This document shows, piece by piece, positions 14,467-27,734 of a stretch of DNA of 64,000 nucleotides (position 1 is its first letter; every line of letters begins with the position of its first letter). This DNA is from the human T2T-CHM13v2.0 reference genome, Homo sapiens. Position numbers and translations under genes: made by a program. The notes under the pieces are model-generated. The model made no database searches and was not told the DNA's origin. It saw only the letters and a list, made by a program, of their open reading frames with translations. The stretch lies in the NCBI RefSeq assembly GCF_009914755.1, contig NC_060944.1; one strand, 5' to 3'.

Positions 14467-14520
14467 CAAATAAATATGTGCGTATATGTTTGTGTGTATA
14501 TATACACACATATTTATTTG
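14467..14520. repeat. 21-bp inverted repeat with an internal (TG/TA/CA) palindrome
   Basis: Arms 14467-14487 and 14500-14520 are complementary at 20/21 positions. Confidence 0.85.
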
Positions 14521-15022
14521 ATTATATAAACATATACATGTATATGCCTAAATATGCATATGTATATATATTTATCAATACCATTATTAAAATCTATTGG
14601 TAGTAAATTTTATATGAAAGAAAAGTTTAAATATTTTGAGAGCAAATGGAAAACAACAAAAGGTGGTCTAATGTTGGTCAGAGGCTATTGCTAATATTAA
14701 CCAGAGTGGATGGATAATATGCTTCAGTATAAAGTCTAACAAAAACACCATTTAAAGTCGAAATAAAAATGTCCTATTTTGTGATCGTGTTTTATGTGTC
14801 TGATTATTCAAAAATCACATCTAAAGCCAAAGTTCCCTTTCATGGGCTGCAATTTATAAGAAATGGTGAAAATTATAATCATGAAAGAATAATTGTGAAT
14901 AATCTGTGAATGTTAAAAAATATGTGGTTTAGGCATTTTATAGCTTGCTTATAAAGCTGATGCAGTGCATTAAATAAGAGCATGATTCTTAAGCCCAGCC
15001 AAAGATGGAGCCCTCACCATAC

Positions 15023-15226
15023 CTTCATAGGAGCCAGCTGGATGGGTGTGATGCATGAAGGGTCCACCATAGGCTTTGGCCTGTTGGCCGTATCTGCTAA
15101 CAGGCTGTGCCACTGCTGGGGAAGGCCGGTAAACTTCTGCTCTTGTGGATCAAACCCAGTATGAACCCTGTGTTCAAAGTTGGACGGGCCAGATATTTCA
15201 ATCTTTTTCTTTTTCTTCCCAAACAT
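15023..15226 (-). CDS. PAK5: PAK5 (PAK7) first coding exon, codons 1-68: polybasic N-terminus, CRIB/PBD, RPKP pseudosubstrate motif
   Basis: The translation [68 protein letters not shown] is the recognisable PAK5 N-terminus, with CRIB consensus ISxPxxFxHxxH. It ends at a phase-0 donor AAG|GTATGG (GT at 15022-15021). The ORF track's VW-stop tail is intronic read-through. Confidence 0.97.
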
Positions 15227-15270
15227 GATGCCAAAACCTGGGAAATATAAATAGAAAAGAGGCAGCCATT
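15227..15270 (-). promoter_or_regulatory. PAK5: Splice acceptor and 11-nt 5'UTR part of the ATG exon
   Basis: The minus strand reads ...ctcttttctatttatatttcccag|GTTTTGGCATCATG: pyrimidine tract, CAG at 15240-15238, exon start at 15237, and A at -3 of the ATG. Confidence 0.9.
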
Positions 15271-15384
15271 TATATCTTGCCAGCAGAAGACCAGGAGAAA
15301 GCTATTGTTAATTCACTCAGGGCAACATCTTTTCAGTTATTCCTCTAGATCCCAGCTGCAAAAGATAAAAGTTGAGTTTTCAGG

Positions 15385-15823
15385 GTGTGTAAATTAGATA
15401 ATTTTATTCAATTTTTTTTTGTTCCCTCCTTAAACTTGCCATGTGGATGATAGTTCCCTGCCCCATTGACTTTGATTTGGCCATGTGACCTGCTTTGACT
15501 ATGGATGGAAGAGACAGTTGGCAAGTTCAGGGCAGAAGTTTTTGAAGGCATTGTATGTTTCCACTTTTTCCTTGTGCTCCTGTCACTTGTCACAAAGATC
15601 TCTCTCTCAGGGAGATGACACTTCCTCAGCCTAGGTCTTGGAAGGAGAGATGCATGAGGGCAGACACAAGCCCAACCTCCAGTCTGAAGCCAAGACCAGG
15701 CAAGCTCAACTGAGATATTATTGAGCCACGGCTGACTCGCAAATGAGAAATAAATGTATGTAATGAAGCCACTGAGATTTTGGCCTTGTTTGTTATATAG
15801 CATTATTAAAGCTGACCAGTACA
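15385..15823 (+). mobile_element. Old MLT1 (I/J-like) solo LTR
   Basis: ggccatgtgacctgctttg motif and 3' end aagccactgagattttgg..ttgtttgttatatagca..gctgaccagtaca. Confidence 0.65.
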
Positions 15824-16401
15824 CAGGGAGAAACATTTCAAAGTTTGGTATGTAGTTAAAATCCAAAACATTTGTGGGGAATAAAATATATGCATACATG
15901 AAAAATGGGTTGATAATGATAGTCACCACATAAAGGATCAAACAAGTAAATATTTACAAAGCACTTGGAAAAACATCTGTCACAAAGTAATTACTTCAAG
16001 TATTAATTATACACCTCTGGACAAATATACAAGAAAGTTGACTGATATTACCTGCAGAGAAGGGTACCAGGGGAAGAAGGCAGGGAGGAAGACTCACTTT
16101 TCACTGTATATTATATTTACAATTTTTTACAGTGTACTTTACCTGTTTGAAACAACATAGTTTACCTAGGTGAAACATAGCCAGTGACCAGAATACCTCT
16201 AGAAAATATGTAAAATAGGCAAAGTATGCTTTATGATGTTGAAAACACATAAGGTAACCTGGGTTTGCATCCCAGCTAGGTCACCTATTCACTGTGATCC
16301 CAGATAATTGCTTTTTTCCTCTCTGCATCTACTCATCTGTGAATAGAACAATCATCATTTTGGGAATCCTTACAACACTGCATGGGCATTGTGAAAGATG
16401 A

Positions 16402-16783
<382 letters not shown>

Positions 16784-16800
16784 TATCTTCCTACACTTCT

Positions 16801-16980
16801 ATGTATATATTCTTCACAGCATTTATCCACTTGCGATTAATTAATTACATATAATGGTGTGCTCAGTGTCTGTTTTAACTACTAGAATGTAAGATCCATG
16901 AGGGAAAGGATGCTTCCTGCTTTTTCATTACTGTTTGCCTGGCCTATAGTAGGGCTCACAAAATATTTGTTGATGGACTA
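16801..16980. mobile_element. L2 3' end
   Basis: ctagaatgtaagatccatgaggg...gcctggcctatagtagggctc..aaatatttgttga. Confidence 0.65.
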
Positions 16981-17479
16981 AAATCACCCTGAACAGCACA
17001 TTTATTCAGTAAATAGCATGTGCGGTTGGAGCTCCATGTTCTCTCACTCTCCCTTCTTTACTTCCCTTCATCCTCTGTTAAAACTGTTACTTCTTTTAAA
17101 CACTTGTCCCTGTGTGGTAAGCAGGGTCTTCCCATGCCTTCCAGTTTTCTCAAGTTCCTTTTCCATCCTCTACCTACATAAATATTCTCTCAGCAATGCT
17201 CAGACCATTCACAGCCTTCACTCCCTGGACTCCGTCAAAACCCATCGCATTCATTCTGGTTGTTACTTCAGACTAATTTGGAAGGGCTGTAATGAAAACG
17301 GATGAAAGAGTATAAGGACTTCAACTACCTTGATATATTACCTTTCCTGGAAAATATAGTTATAACTTAAAACAATTCTGTAAGTACTTTACTACAAGTA
17401 GGTCAATAAATACAAGTCAGCTGACCTTAAACGCTTGGGCACACCCAAACCAAAGTGTCAAGAAGTAAAGGAACCCTGC

Positions 17480-17945
17480 TGTCATAGACTGCTGCAGAGA
17501 TGGCCCACAATGTTTCATTCTTCCTGGTATCCATGCCTTCAAGGAGGACTCTCCCACACTGACTCTGGACTTGGATATATAATTTGCTATGGCCAGTGAG
17601 ACAAGAGAAAATATGACACCAATACGCACTGTGCCTGCACACTGTGGCTTGTCTGCCCTCTTGCTGTCCTTAGAAACAGCAGTCAGCATGAAAACAAAGC
17701 CAGCCTATCCTGCTGGAAGATGAGGGGCTGTGTATCCCAGTTACCTGTCTCCCCAGCCAGCAACTAGTCGACCCTGAGAAGCAGAGCTGCCCAGCTGACC
17801 AGCAGCTATCCACATGAGTGAGCCTAGTCAAAACCAGCAGAACTACACAGTTGAACTGAACTTAAAATTATCACTTACAGAATCAGGACACAAATAAATG
17901 TTTTTTTGCTTTAAACCATGCTACACAGAAAGAGCTAACATAACA
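17480..17945 (+). mobile_element. MLT1 (G/H-like) solo LTR
   Basis: agatggcccacaat..ttcttcctggtatccatgcc start and MLT1-type 3' end. Confidence 0.6.
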
Positions 17946-18989
17946 AAAACCCTGATTATCATCCTCTACCTTGCATCTTCAGATGCTTGCCATTTTTAGG
18001 TTTCTATTTTAGCTGCTTCAAAGTTTCAAGTAACAACATCCAATCTGGGTAACTATATTAGCTGTTACACAATTGAGTGCTAACTCAAAGGAGTTTTGAT
18101 TGTGATATTACTATCTGGTTGAAGGCCTGGAATGTTTTCAGTGGCAGGAAATTACACCAATAATTAGCTCTATACACCATCTCTCTGAATTATTTAGTGA
18201 GCATAAAATACATTTGAAAATATAATTTGGCCATTTGTTGGCTGAGTCCGCTTGACAGTTCAAGAAATTTTAGCTATGACCATTTTTTAAAAATGCAAGA
18301 TGGAAATTATTTCAGAAACATCATTTGAGAAGAGTTATTTGGCCTGTATTCATACCTGAACAAGCACTGAAAATGCTAGGCCAAATATTTTTAGAGGCAG
18401 AATAGAAATGTCTTATTATTCCCTCTCTCATTGTGAATTTCCCAGTGGTTGCTATGCCACTCAATGAGAGCATTGAAAAGAAGATATCAATGAACTAATA
18501 CTGTTTCTGTTTTTAAATAAGAGAGTTGCGGAGAGGAAATCCACAGCTGAATTAATCTACCTACACTGCATTGTGTGATACAGCACAACTATAATTTTAA
18601 TGGTCAAACATGCAGTTCTACCTCTCCAGTAAGTTTGAGTTAAAGAGTTACAGAGGAACAACTTAAAAGGAAAACACAAAACAGCTCTAAATCCTGAAGC
18701 AATATTCCTGGGAAGTTCACAGGTGCAGAGACAAAATCTCCAAGATTTATTGTGACATTCTATCAGCAGTGGCTACTACTCTGTTAGCAAGGAGGAGGCC
18801 CACACTCAGCTGAAAGACAGAGACAGGGTCCTAGTGCCTTTTAGCACCATGGGACAGATGGACGCCTAGTAGGGAAGTGAAGATCTTCTTGGCAGAATAT
18901 TTCTTCTCTCTGATGTGCTCATGCTCAGTCTCTACCTACTAGGGCACTAAAAGTTCAATGCGTCTCATCCCACATTCATGGTAGCCCTC

Positions 18990-19545
18990 TGTCAGGGGTC
19001 CCAAAGACCACCCCCAGGCTTGATGATTCATGAGGAGAACTCATAGGACTCTGCATACAGTCATACTCGTGCCTGTGATTTATTACCATGAGAGGATACA
19101 AAACAAAATTAGCAGTGGGAAAAGGTGCATGGGGCCAAGTCCAGAGAATACAGGTGCAGGCTTTCAGAGGTCTTCTCCTAGTGAACTCACACGGGTTGTG
19201 GTTAATTCCCCCAGGACTGATTGTAACAACACATGTAAAAAGCCATCTACTGGGGAAGCCCATCAGAGATGAAGGGCCTGAGGATTTTATTTTGTACTGG
19301 TCACATAGGCACCCCTTGCTTAGTCCATATTTAAATTCCAGGAGGAAAACAGGGGTTGAACATAAACCTCTTTTTTTTTTTTTGCATAAACAGTTTAGGC
19401 ACAGCAAGCCATTCTTTATCAGGGAATGGTGAGGAACTTGCTAAAATCCAAGTTCCCAGATGCCAGCCAAGGGCCAACCTTGCAAATAGGCTTTTTTTCT
19501 AGGATATGCATCCTGAAGCCTACTAGACTAACTCTTTTCTGCAGA
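18990..19545 (-). mobile_element. MER21-family LTR
   Basis: Termini tgtcaggggtcccaaagaccacccccagg ... taactcttttctgca. Confidence 0.75.
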
Positions 19546-21984
19546 GGAGGTGTTATTATCATCGCCCTTTCATAGAAGAGGAAACAGATGCTCAGAGTCC
19601 AGGTTAGAAACTTGTAAAACTGGAGATTTAGAATCTCAAAACACAAGCTTTTAATCACTTGTGAGAGCAATGTATGGCTGCCCTGTATTTACCTTCTCTG
19701 CCAGTTACACCATCCTACCTTTCTTAGGGAACCCAGTTGGTGTGGATGGTGAGGTTTCTTGGGTCCTGTCATGTCTCTCCATAAAGGCCCTCTCTGAGAA
19801 ATTACAAACTGTGTCACTGAGCAGGTGAAGCTGAGCAGCCTCTCCTACAGAAGAAAAGATCCCTACTGCTCAGCACCCATGTAAACCAAGGGCACAGCAT
19901 ACTTCCTTCCACTCCTCAGTGTCCAGCAGACCTAATTCATGACAGCTGTGTAGGTATCTTTCAGTACAGAAAGTTACATAGGTTTAGAAGTAGGCAATTC
20001 AAGAATTAATTTGAAATATTTCTTCATTTCTTTGTTTCATTATTAAACACTTTATTATTTGTTTCAGTATGTGAACATTCACCTGGCAGTTTGATTCAGC
20101 ATTAACCAAGTTGGCTCCTTAGCTAAATAAGTTTGGGAAAAAATGAATTACATAAGGTCCCTTTGTGGGACATTTCAAGGTCTTTATTATGCTAATATTA
20201 GTTTAGTTCCTAAAGAAGGATAGTAAACAGATCCCAGAATCCTTGTTTCTGAAAGTTTACTGCAAAACTCACAGCAAACACTGCTTTGATGGATGGTTTC
20301 AGTCACCCTATGTTCTTCTATGAAATATAAGTCTTAGAAGTCATAGAAGAGACTGAAGGAAATCCAGATCCCCAGACTCTAATACCCCATTTCTGCTCTG
20401 ACATCTTCATGGTTATCTCAGCCCTCAACCTGTTCTCAGGGACAGCCCAGCTTTGTCCCTAACTTAGTGGGTTGCCCTGCCTTAAGCGTATGCCTAGTCT
20501 AAAAGCTCCAACATGCAGGCATCTCCCAATTCAGGTCTCTACGAACAGGCATAGGGAGTAGGGAGTCAAAGAAGAAATAACAGGCAAATGCAGCAGCACC
20601 TGGTACTATTCGAGTCATGCTGGTTGGGGTGATGGCGCAGCACCTCATTAGGGACCAGAAGATGCTACTTAAATAATATTCATCTAGGATGAACTGTGTG
20701 TCAGACACTGCTCTATATGTACCAATTCACATATTCTGTTCACAGTAATTCATATTGTAAGGACTATTATTATTTCTGCTACACAGATAAGGAAACTGAG
20801 GCCTACAGGAGTTAAAAAAAAATGTGCCCAAGTTCATTCAAGTAGGAAGAAACTGAAATGGAATTCAAAACCCGGCAGTCCACATTTTGAGTACAAACTG
20901 GTCCATGCTCTGCTGACTTGAATACTAGTCCAGCCCCCATGGTGCAGCATGCTGTGTAGCCCTGGCAGCCTCTCTCAGATGGAGAGTCCTCCATTCTACA
21001 TGGAGTTAACTCCAGATATGCATAGCTCCTGTAATTGTTTGGATAACTCAATGAGAAGGTATTAGAAGAAAGCCCTACAAGGGACTGGATGATCTGAATG
21101 TTGCTTCCATGATAGACAAGGGAGTGGTTAATACTGCTCATAATATCTGCTTGCAAGAGAGACTTTGCTGGTTCTTCTGAATTGATACACTACAACTCTC
21201 TCCCCAGACCCAGATTCAGTCTCTTCTCTTCTCTGTGCCTTTAAGTTGATTTATATGACTGTGTCACTAGAACTTCCTTGTCTTTGGTTTCTAGGGGGAT
21301 TTGACCAATTACAGGCAATTTGTAGGTGGAGAAAGAGGTTGGGTATTTATTACCCTGGTTTTCTTTGCAAAATTCCCTTGTTTTCTTGCTAAACTTATTT
21401 CTCTGGTTTTCTTGCCAAAATTCCCCAATATTTACAAGCTTCTGTTGCCATTCCCTTTTCCCTCCAGTTTTCCCTCCAGTTTTCAGTCCCTGTGGGGCTA
21501 GATGTGACATCTTCCTGCAGTTTTTAGTTTGTGGGTATTCCTACATTTTTTATTGGTTCTCAGAACCTTGCTTATATGTGCTAGGTAAACCCTTCTGGAG
21601 TGCACCTTCTGCTTCCCGCCAGGACTCTAACTGGCATGTAGCATACTTGTGGGGCTTATGGTCCCCACTTCCCAGGACTCACCAGCAATGCCTAGGGACT
21701 AGGGAATATCCACAAGAAGCCACCACCCATTAAAAGGGGCCAAAGTCTTCATTAGCCATATGGAGACCCCCGTTTCTTGCATGTATTCCTTTATAACTAT
21801 TTTAAAAATATTTTTGTTGCCTTATTTTTCTCTTGGGCATAAAGCTTGAGGTGTTCAAAAAAGCAAGATGGGCATTCTGTGAAATTACTTTCTTTACAAA
21901 ATTATCTAAAGGGTAACGGCAAAAGAATTTTATCAAACAATCTTATTGCCTCCTCAGGCAGCCCATTTTCTCATTAATTTAGGG

Positions 21985-22210
21985 TTCTGGTTGAAAGCAG
22001 GGACCCGGACTTCCTGGATCTGAATCTGAGTCCTGCTACATTTATCAGTTCTGCATTCTTGGGCAACTGGCTTTGCCTCCTTTTGCCTCAGTATCCTATG
22101 ATAAATGGGAATAATAATATTCTCCCCCTCAGTGGGTTGTTGTGAACATTCAGTGAACTAAGACATGAAAAGTGGCTTAGATCTGTGTCTGGCTCCTAGC
22201 AAGTGCAATC
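21985..22210. mobile_element. MIR
   Basis: cctggatctgaatctgagtcctgctac...ttgggcaa...gcctcagt...aaatgggaataataata. Confidence 0.7.
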
Positions 22211-22424
22211 CAAATTAGGATTTTAGGGAATGGAGTAGGAACTCTACTATAAGCCAGGTCCAATCAGTGGCTGAAGTGCCATCTCTCATCACATCAGGTG
22301 GACACGCAGAGGTAGAGGAGCAGCTACTTGACCCCTATTACAAATTGAGAAGGTTCCAGCATTCTTCAACCTTTTCAAAACAATGACTCATGGCTCAGTC
22401 CTGTGTCCCACCCATGGCAACATT

Positions 22425-22565
22425 TTAAGGTTAATGACATGGATGGTGGTGATGGTCACACGAAAGTGTGAATGTATTTAATGCTACTGAACAGTACAAT
22501 AAAAATTGGTTAAAATGGTAAATTTTTTGTTGTGTATATTTCATAATAATAATAGTAATAAAAGA
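22425..22565 (+). mobile_element. L1M (MB-like) 3' terminal fragment
   Basis: ggatggtggtgatggt...gtgaatgtatttaatgctactgaac...ggttaaaatggtaaatttt. Confidence 0.7.
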
Positions 22566-24572
22566 TAATGACATGGATATGCCCCAGGGGCTTTGATTGC
22601 CTGGGAGGAAGTAGTTGGCAGGCAGAAGCCATACTGAAGACGGGGTGGGGCACGCACAGGATGGGGTGGGGCAGGCAGAGCAGGAGGTCACTTATTAGAA
22701 AATCCTTTTGTCCATATCCCCCCTCAAAATCTCAAATTGTAATATAACATTTGGGATTAAGAAAGAAATATGTCAAACTGTGTTGGTCTAATAAAGTGAA
22801 GAGTTAATATAATTACTGAACTATTAAGGTTTCCAGTCATTCAGCCAGCTAGAGACATGGTAGAAAGAATAAGACCACAGAATTTTAAAATGGTGACTTT
22901 AACGTACCTCTTAAGAGTGAGTCTTTTCTTATTGACTCCCTCACGAAGAGAGATTTTTCTTTTCTTAGCCTCAGATCTATTTTTCAGAACTTGGTAAATG
23001 TAATAATGGAAATTTAAGTACTTTAGAAATACCTACCTGTGTTCATATAATTTAGGTTTAATGACTGGTCCTTCACTTACGGGAGAAAGGTGACTGTTTC
23101 AGAAATCACATTACAGAGGGGATGGCACCAACCACACCATCCCCTTTCTGAGATGTCATTGCTCAGATATACATTTATTATAGCCTCAGAATCAAGAACA
23201 AAAGATTCTCCAGTCTTTTAGCTATGCTGATTTTAGGGAAAATGAAACATAGATTACATATTTGGGATCCATAGGAAAATATAAAAATCTTGGGATGGGT
23301 TCATCATATAATCTAAAAATAAAGTTGTTTTCTAAAAAAAAATCATTATGTGTCAAAGTTGTTATAAATGACATAGTTTCCTTTCCTTGGATTCATCTAC
23401 TACAGTGTCTCCTAATAGGACCCATTGGACAGTCACTATGTTCCACTGGGTGCTTCCCACTCCAGGAGAAACTGTATCAAAGCCTGTTGGGTGAATACAA
23501 TGATTATCCTTGTACCTGGTCCCCATTTCTATTGCACAGATGCTCATTATCCAGTTGCTTTGTGACCTGGGCCTGTTTTTTTGACCTGGATCATAATTCA
23601 AACACACTTGCCTTCTCAACAGGTGTAGAAACAGCTGTAGCCCCTTTTCTTCTTTTGTGGATCTGATTCTGGCTTCTAATTTCTACCACTGGGATGTAAA
23701 CCCCGACTTCATACCTGAATCTTTGTTTCTTATTTGTCCTTCTCTACTTCTGTGAATGTCTTAGACCCTTCCCTCTGATCATGATGTTTGGATCTTACCT
23801 GTCTGCTGGTTTCTTCTTATCTAAGCTTTCTGATTCTGCCCTGATTCTGAAATCTGTGCCCACAGTTGGATTTAGCATATACATCCATCTGAACTGCACA
23901 CTTTTTAGACCCTCAACATCATCAGACCTTTCTGCTCTAACTCCTCGCTTCAACTCCTCACCCTGGCTTCAACTCATCCCTCTCAACTTTCTGCAATATC
24001 CAATATCCAGTATTGACAAAAGGCACACTTTAAGGAAAACATATTTAAATTTATTCATTTCCACATTGGCAGAATGACAACATAATATTGAGATAATAGC
24101 AAAGAGAAAATCATGGGTTTTAGAGTAACATCAATGTAGTAAGTACTCAGAAAAACTGCATGGAAAGTGTGTTAAATATAACAATCAAAAGCCACTACTT
24201 CACCATGGTTTCATTCTTTACTATAAGTTTACTTCTCCTTTATGCCAATGAGCCCAAATATGGAGACAGAGCCCAAACCTCTCTCTTAATCTCTGTGTCT
24301 ATGCTTCCAAAGCTCCTCTTGGATTATTCTCATTTTTGACACTCAGCATCTCCAAAACTTAACTCATGATCTCCTACTTGCTCTGTTTCTTTCCTACATA
24401 TCTCAATCCTTATATAGATAGCATCCCATTGCATTAAATTGTGGAAGCCAGTTCTGAGAGTTCACTTTGCCTTTCTCTTCTGCATCATCCTGCACATTCA
24501 ATCATCATCAATTCCTATCCATTCTGCTCCCCAGATGTCTACTACATCTATACCTCTCTCTGAATTCCCACT

Positions 24573-25355
24573 GTATTAGTTTCCTAAAGTTGCTGTAACA
24601 AATTTCCACAAACTTAGCAGCTTAGATAATGCAATGTATTTTCTTACGGTTCTGGAGGTCGGAAGTATAACATGAGTCTCACCTGGTAAAAATCAAGGCA
24701 TTGGCAGGGGTATGTCCCTTTCTGGAGTCTCTAGAGCAGAATACATTTCCTTGTCTCTTCCAGCTTCTAGAAGTCACTTGTATTCCTTGGCTGATACTGC
24801 ATCTCTCTCTGACTGTTATTCCATCTTTCCCACTTTCTTTTTATTTTTCTTTTCTTCTCTTTTTTTTTTTTTTGACAGGGTCACGTGCTGCCCCCCAGGC
24901 TGGAGTGCTGTAGTGTGATCTTGGTGATCTTCATGATCTTGGCTCACTGCAACCTCTGCCTCCTGGGTTCAAGCGATTCTCTGGCCTCAGCCACCTGAGT
25001 GGCTGGGATTACAGGCATGCACCACGATGCCCAGCTAATTTTTATATTTTTAGTAGAGATGGGGTTTTCCATGTTGGCCAGGCTGTTCTCAAACTCCTGA
25101 CCTCAGGTGATCTGCCTGCCTCAGCCTCCCAAAGTGCTGGGATTATAGGCGTGAGCCACCGTGCCCGGCCCATCTTTCCCATTTTCCTCTGACTCTCTTA
25201 TTTTGTCTTTCTCTTCTACTTTTAAGGATGCTTGTATTATATTGGACCAGCCTGGATAATCTCCCTATTTTAAAGTTATCTTATTAGCAACCTTAATTCC
25301 CCTTACAGATTTCAGGGATGAGGATGATGACGTCTTGCTGGAGATGTCTACCACA
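24573..25355 (-). mobile_element. MLT1C/D solo LTR
   Basis: tgtattagtttccta..gctgtaacaaatttccacaaactt...ctggaggtcggaagt. Confidence 0.75.
24838..25170 (-). mobile_element. AluS
   Basis: Full dimer. TSD catctttccca(c/t)tttc at 24822-24837 and 25171-25186. Confidence 0.92.
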
Positions 25356-26613
25356 CCCATTGTCACTGCTCTCTCCATGTCAGCATCATTTCTCTCTCAG
25401 GCTACTATAAAATTATCTAGCTCAGTTTCCCTTCAACTAAACTTGCCCCTCCCAAGCAGTTTTCCACCCTGTAGGCAGACAAATCTTTTGAAAAATATAA
25501 GTCTGTATCATTCTCTTTCTCTCTTAGACCTTTTCTATGACTTCTCACCGACCTTAAAAACAAAACCAAACTCCTTATCAGAGCTTACAAGGCTCCTGGG
25601 GACCACCCCTTGGTACCTCTCTAACTGTATAAATTCCTTCTCCCTTTCATTAAGCCTTACCATCCTTAGTCACTCCCATTACCTTAAAGCCCCTCATCCC
25701 CTCTAACTTCTCCCTCCCCTGCCTGTCTCCACCCTCTCATCTTGACCCTCACCCAAAGTCTCTTTTCTGGTCTCAGATCAAATGGAACTTCCTTAGGGAG
25801 GCCACTTTAGACCCCAGAATACTTTTTTTCTTACTTGTTCCCACAGTTCCTTGTGTATTGGGCTACAGAAATTATTTCAAATTACAGACATGCATGAACA
25901 CATTCTGTCTACCCTGTCCACGCCACCATCATTTCTCTCTTGGGCTATTACAAAGTTATCTAGCTCAGTTTCCCTTCCACTAGACTTACTCATCCAAGCA
26001 GTTCACCACCCTGTAGGCAGACCAATGTTTCTAAAATGTATGTCTGTATTATGCTCTCTCTCCTAAACTTTTTCTATGACTTCTCATTGTCATTACACAC
26101 AAATCCAAACCCCTTATCCCAGCTCACAGTTGTGGATGGTTCTAACAAAAAGAAGCATACAAAACAAAAGCTAAAAGGGAACTACTTTGTTCCTATCACA
26201 AAGTTTCAAATCCAGACCATTTTCTATTTGTTTGTGTTATCCCTGCACACGTCCTGATTTTTTATACATAAACATAAGACCACTCTAAGTACATTGTGTG
26301 GGACTTGCTTTTTTTTTTGAGTCATTTAGCCTATTTGGGGTGTTATGTTAAAAAAAAATAAAAAAGCAAACCTTGGCTATCTTTCCATATCAGCACACAT
26401 ATCACTTGCTTCTAAAGTCTCCATAGCATTTTATAAAATGGAATGTACTATAATTCATCTATTGATTCTTTTATTGATTAACATTTACGTTCTGGGGCTC
26501 TTAAAAACATCATTCCTGTGAGAACTCTGCTAGATGTATCTATCATTCTGCATAAATACGAGCACATCTGTGGCATAGATTGTCAGATGTGGAAATAATG
26601 GAGGGAAGGCATA

Positions 26614-26977
26614 TGTATTAGTTTGCTAGGGCTGCCAAAACAAAGTAATACAGATTGGGTGGCTTAAGCAAGATAAATTTTATTCTCACTTCTGGAGGCT
26701 GGAAGTCCAAGATCAAGGTGTTGGGAGGGTTGGTTTCTTCCGAGACTTCTCTCCCTGGCTTGTAGATGACTTCTTCCCCCTACATATGACTGTGTCCAAG
26801 TTTCCTTTTCTTATAAGGACAAGGGCCATATTAGATCAGGGGCCAAACTAATGACCTCATTTTAATTTAATCATCTCTTTAAAGTCCCTACCTCCCAAAT
26901 TCAGTCACATTTGGAGGCATTGGAGGTTAGGATTTCAATATATGAACTTGGGAGGTGGACAGAATTCATCCCATAAG
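26614..26977 (-). mobile_element. MLT1A solo LTR within an old L1M fragment
   Basis: tgtattagtttgctagggctgcc...aattcatcccataa. Confidence 0.8.
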
Positions 26978-27489
26978 AGCAAGCATGTTTAAAACTTTTT
27001 TAAATGCTAGCAAGTTGGCTTTCAGAAAGCCTAGATACTTTCCTTTCCTATCAACATTGTTGGAAATCAAAGTTGGTCTTCCTTAGCAAGCCGTAAGCCC
27101 CTTAATTTCATTTTGATCTTATCTGTGCCTGGCACATAGTAGATGAGCAGTAATATTTGTTGAATGAATAGTCACTGAGACAAAATATTTCCCTTGATAG
27201 AGACAATTCATGGTTCAAGCAGAGTGGCTTCTAACAAGCAGACAGCACACAGGGTGAGATCAGCAGCATGTGACAGGAATGCATCCCAAATGCTTCTAAG
27301 GAACCCAGATAAACACACAGCTTTTCAGGGGCAGAGTGGAAGAGAGAGGACCCAGTCCTCTTTGATTTTTTCCTTGTATGTTTTTATCACTCCTACAAAA
27401 ATATTAAGTAACTACTTCTGTATACCAAGTACTATAGGCAAGGTAGTGGTGTTTGAGACTTTATAGAGTAGAAGGGAGAAGAAAAACCA

Positions 27490-27715
27490 AGCACAGTGAA
27501 GTCTAGAGTCAGTCTTCTGGGTTCAAACCTTTGTTCTTCTACTTAATGGGGCAAATTACTTAATCTCTTTATGCCTCAGCTTTTCAATAAAGTGCAGCTA
27601 ATTAATATCTATGTCAAATGTTGTGAACATTTAATGAGTTAATACTTGTTAAGCACATAAAATACTGCCTGGCATGGAATGAGCATTCCATAATTGTTAG
27701 CTATTATTATTATTG
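27490..27715. mobile_element. MIR
   Basis: ctgggttcaaacc...ggcaaattacttaatctctttatgcctcag...ttagctattattat. Confidence 0.75.
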
Positions 27716-27734
27716 TAAAGGAAAGAAATAAAAT

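Larger units (their letters stand above)
24270..26130. mobile_element. L2 remnant interrupted by an MLT1 LTR and Alu, with an internal ~220-bp duplication
   Basis: Pyrimidine-rich L2 ORF2-type sequence on both sides of the LTR. Boundaries are approximate. Confidence 0.5.

Noticed and set aside
15408-15941. 177-aa minus-strand ORF just upstream of the PAK5 exon
   Set aside because: Non-ATG start and mostly within an MLT1 LTR.
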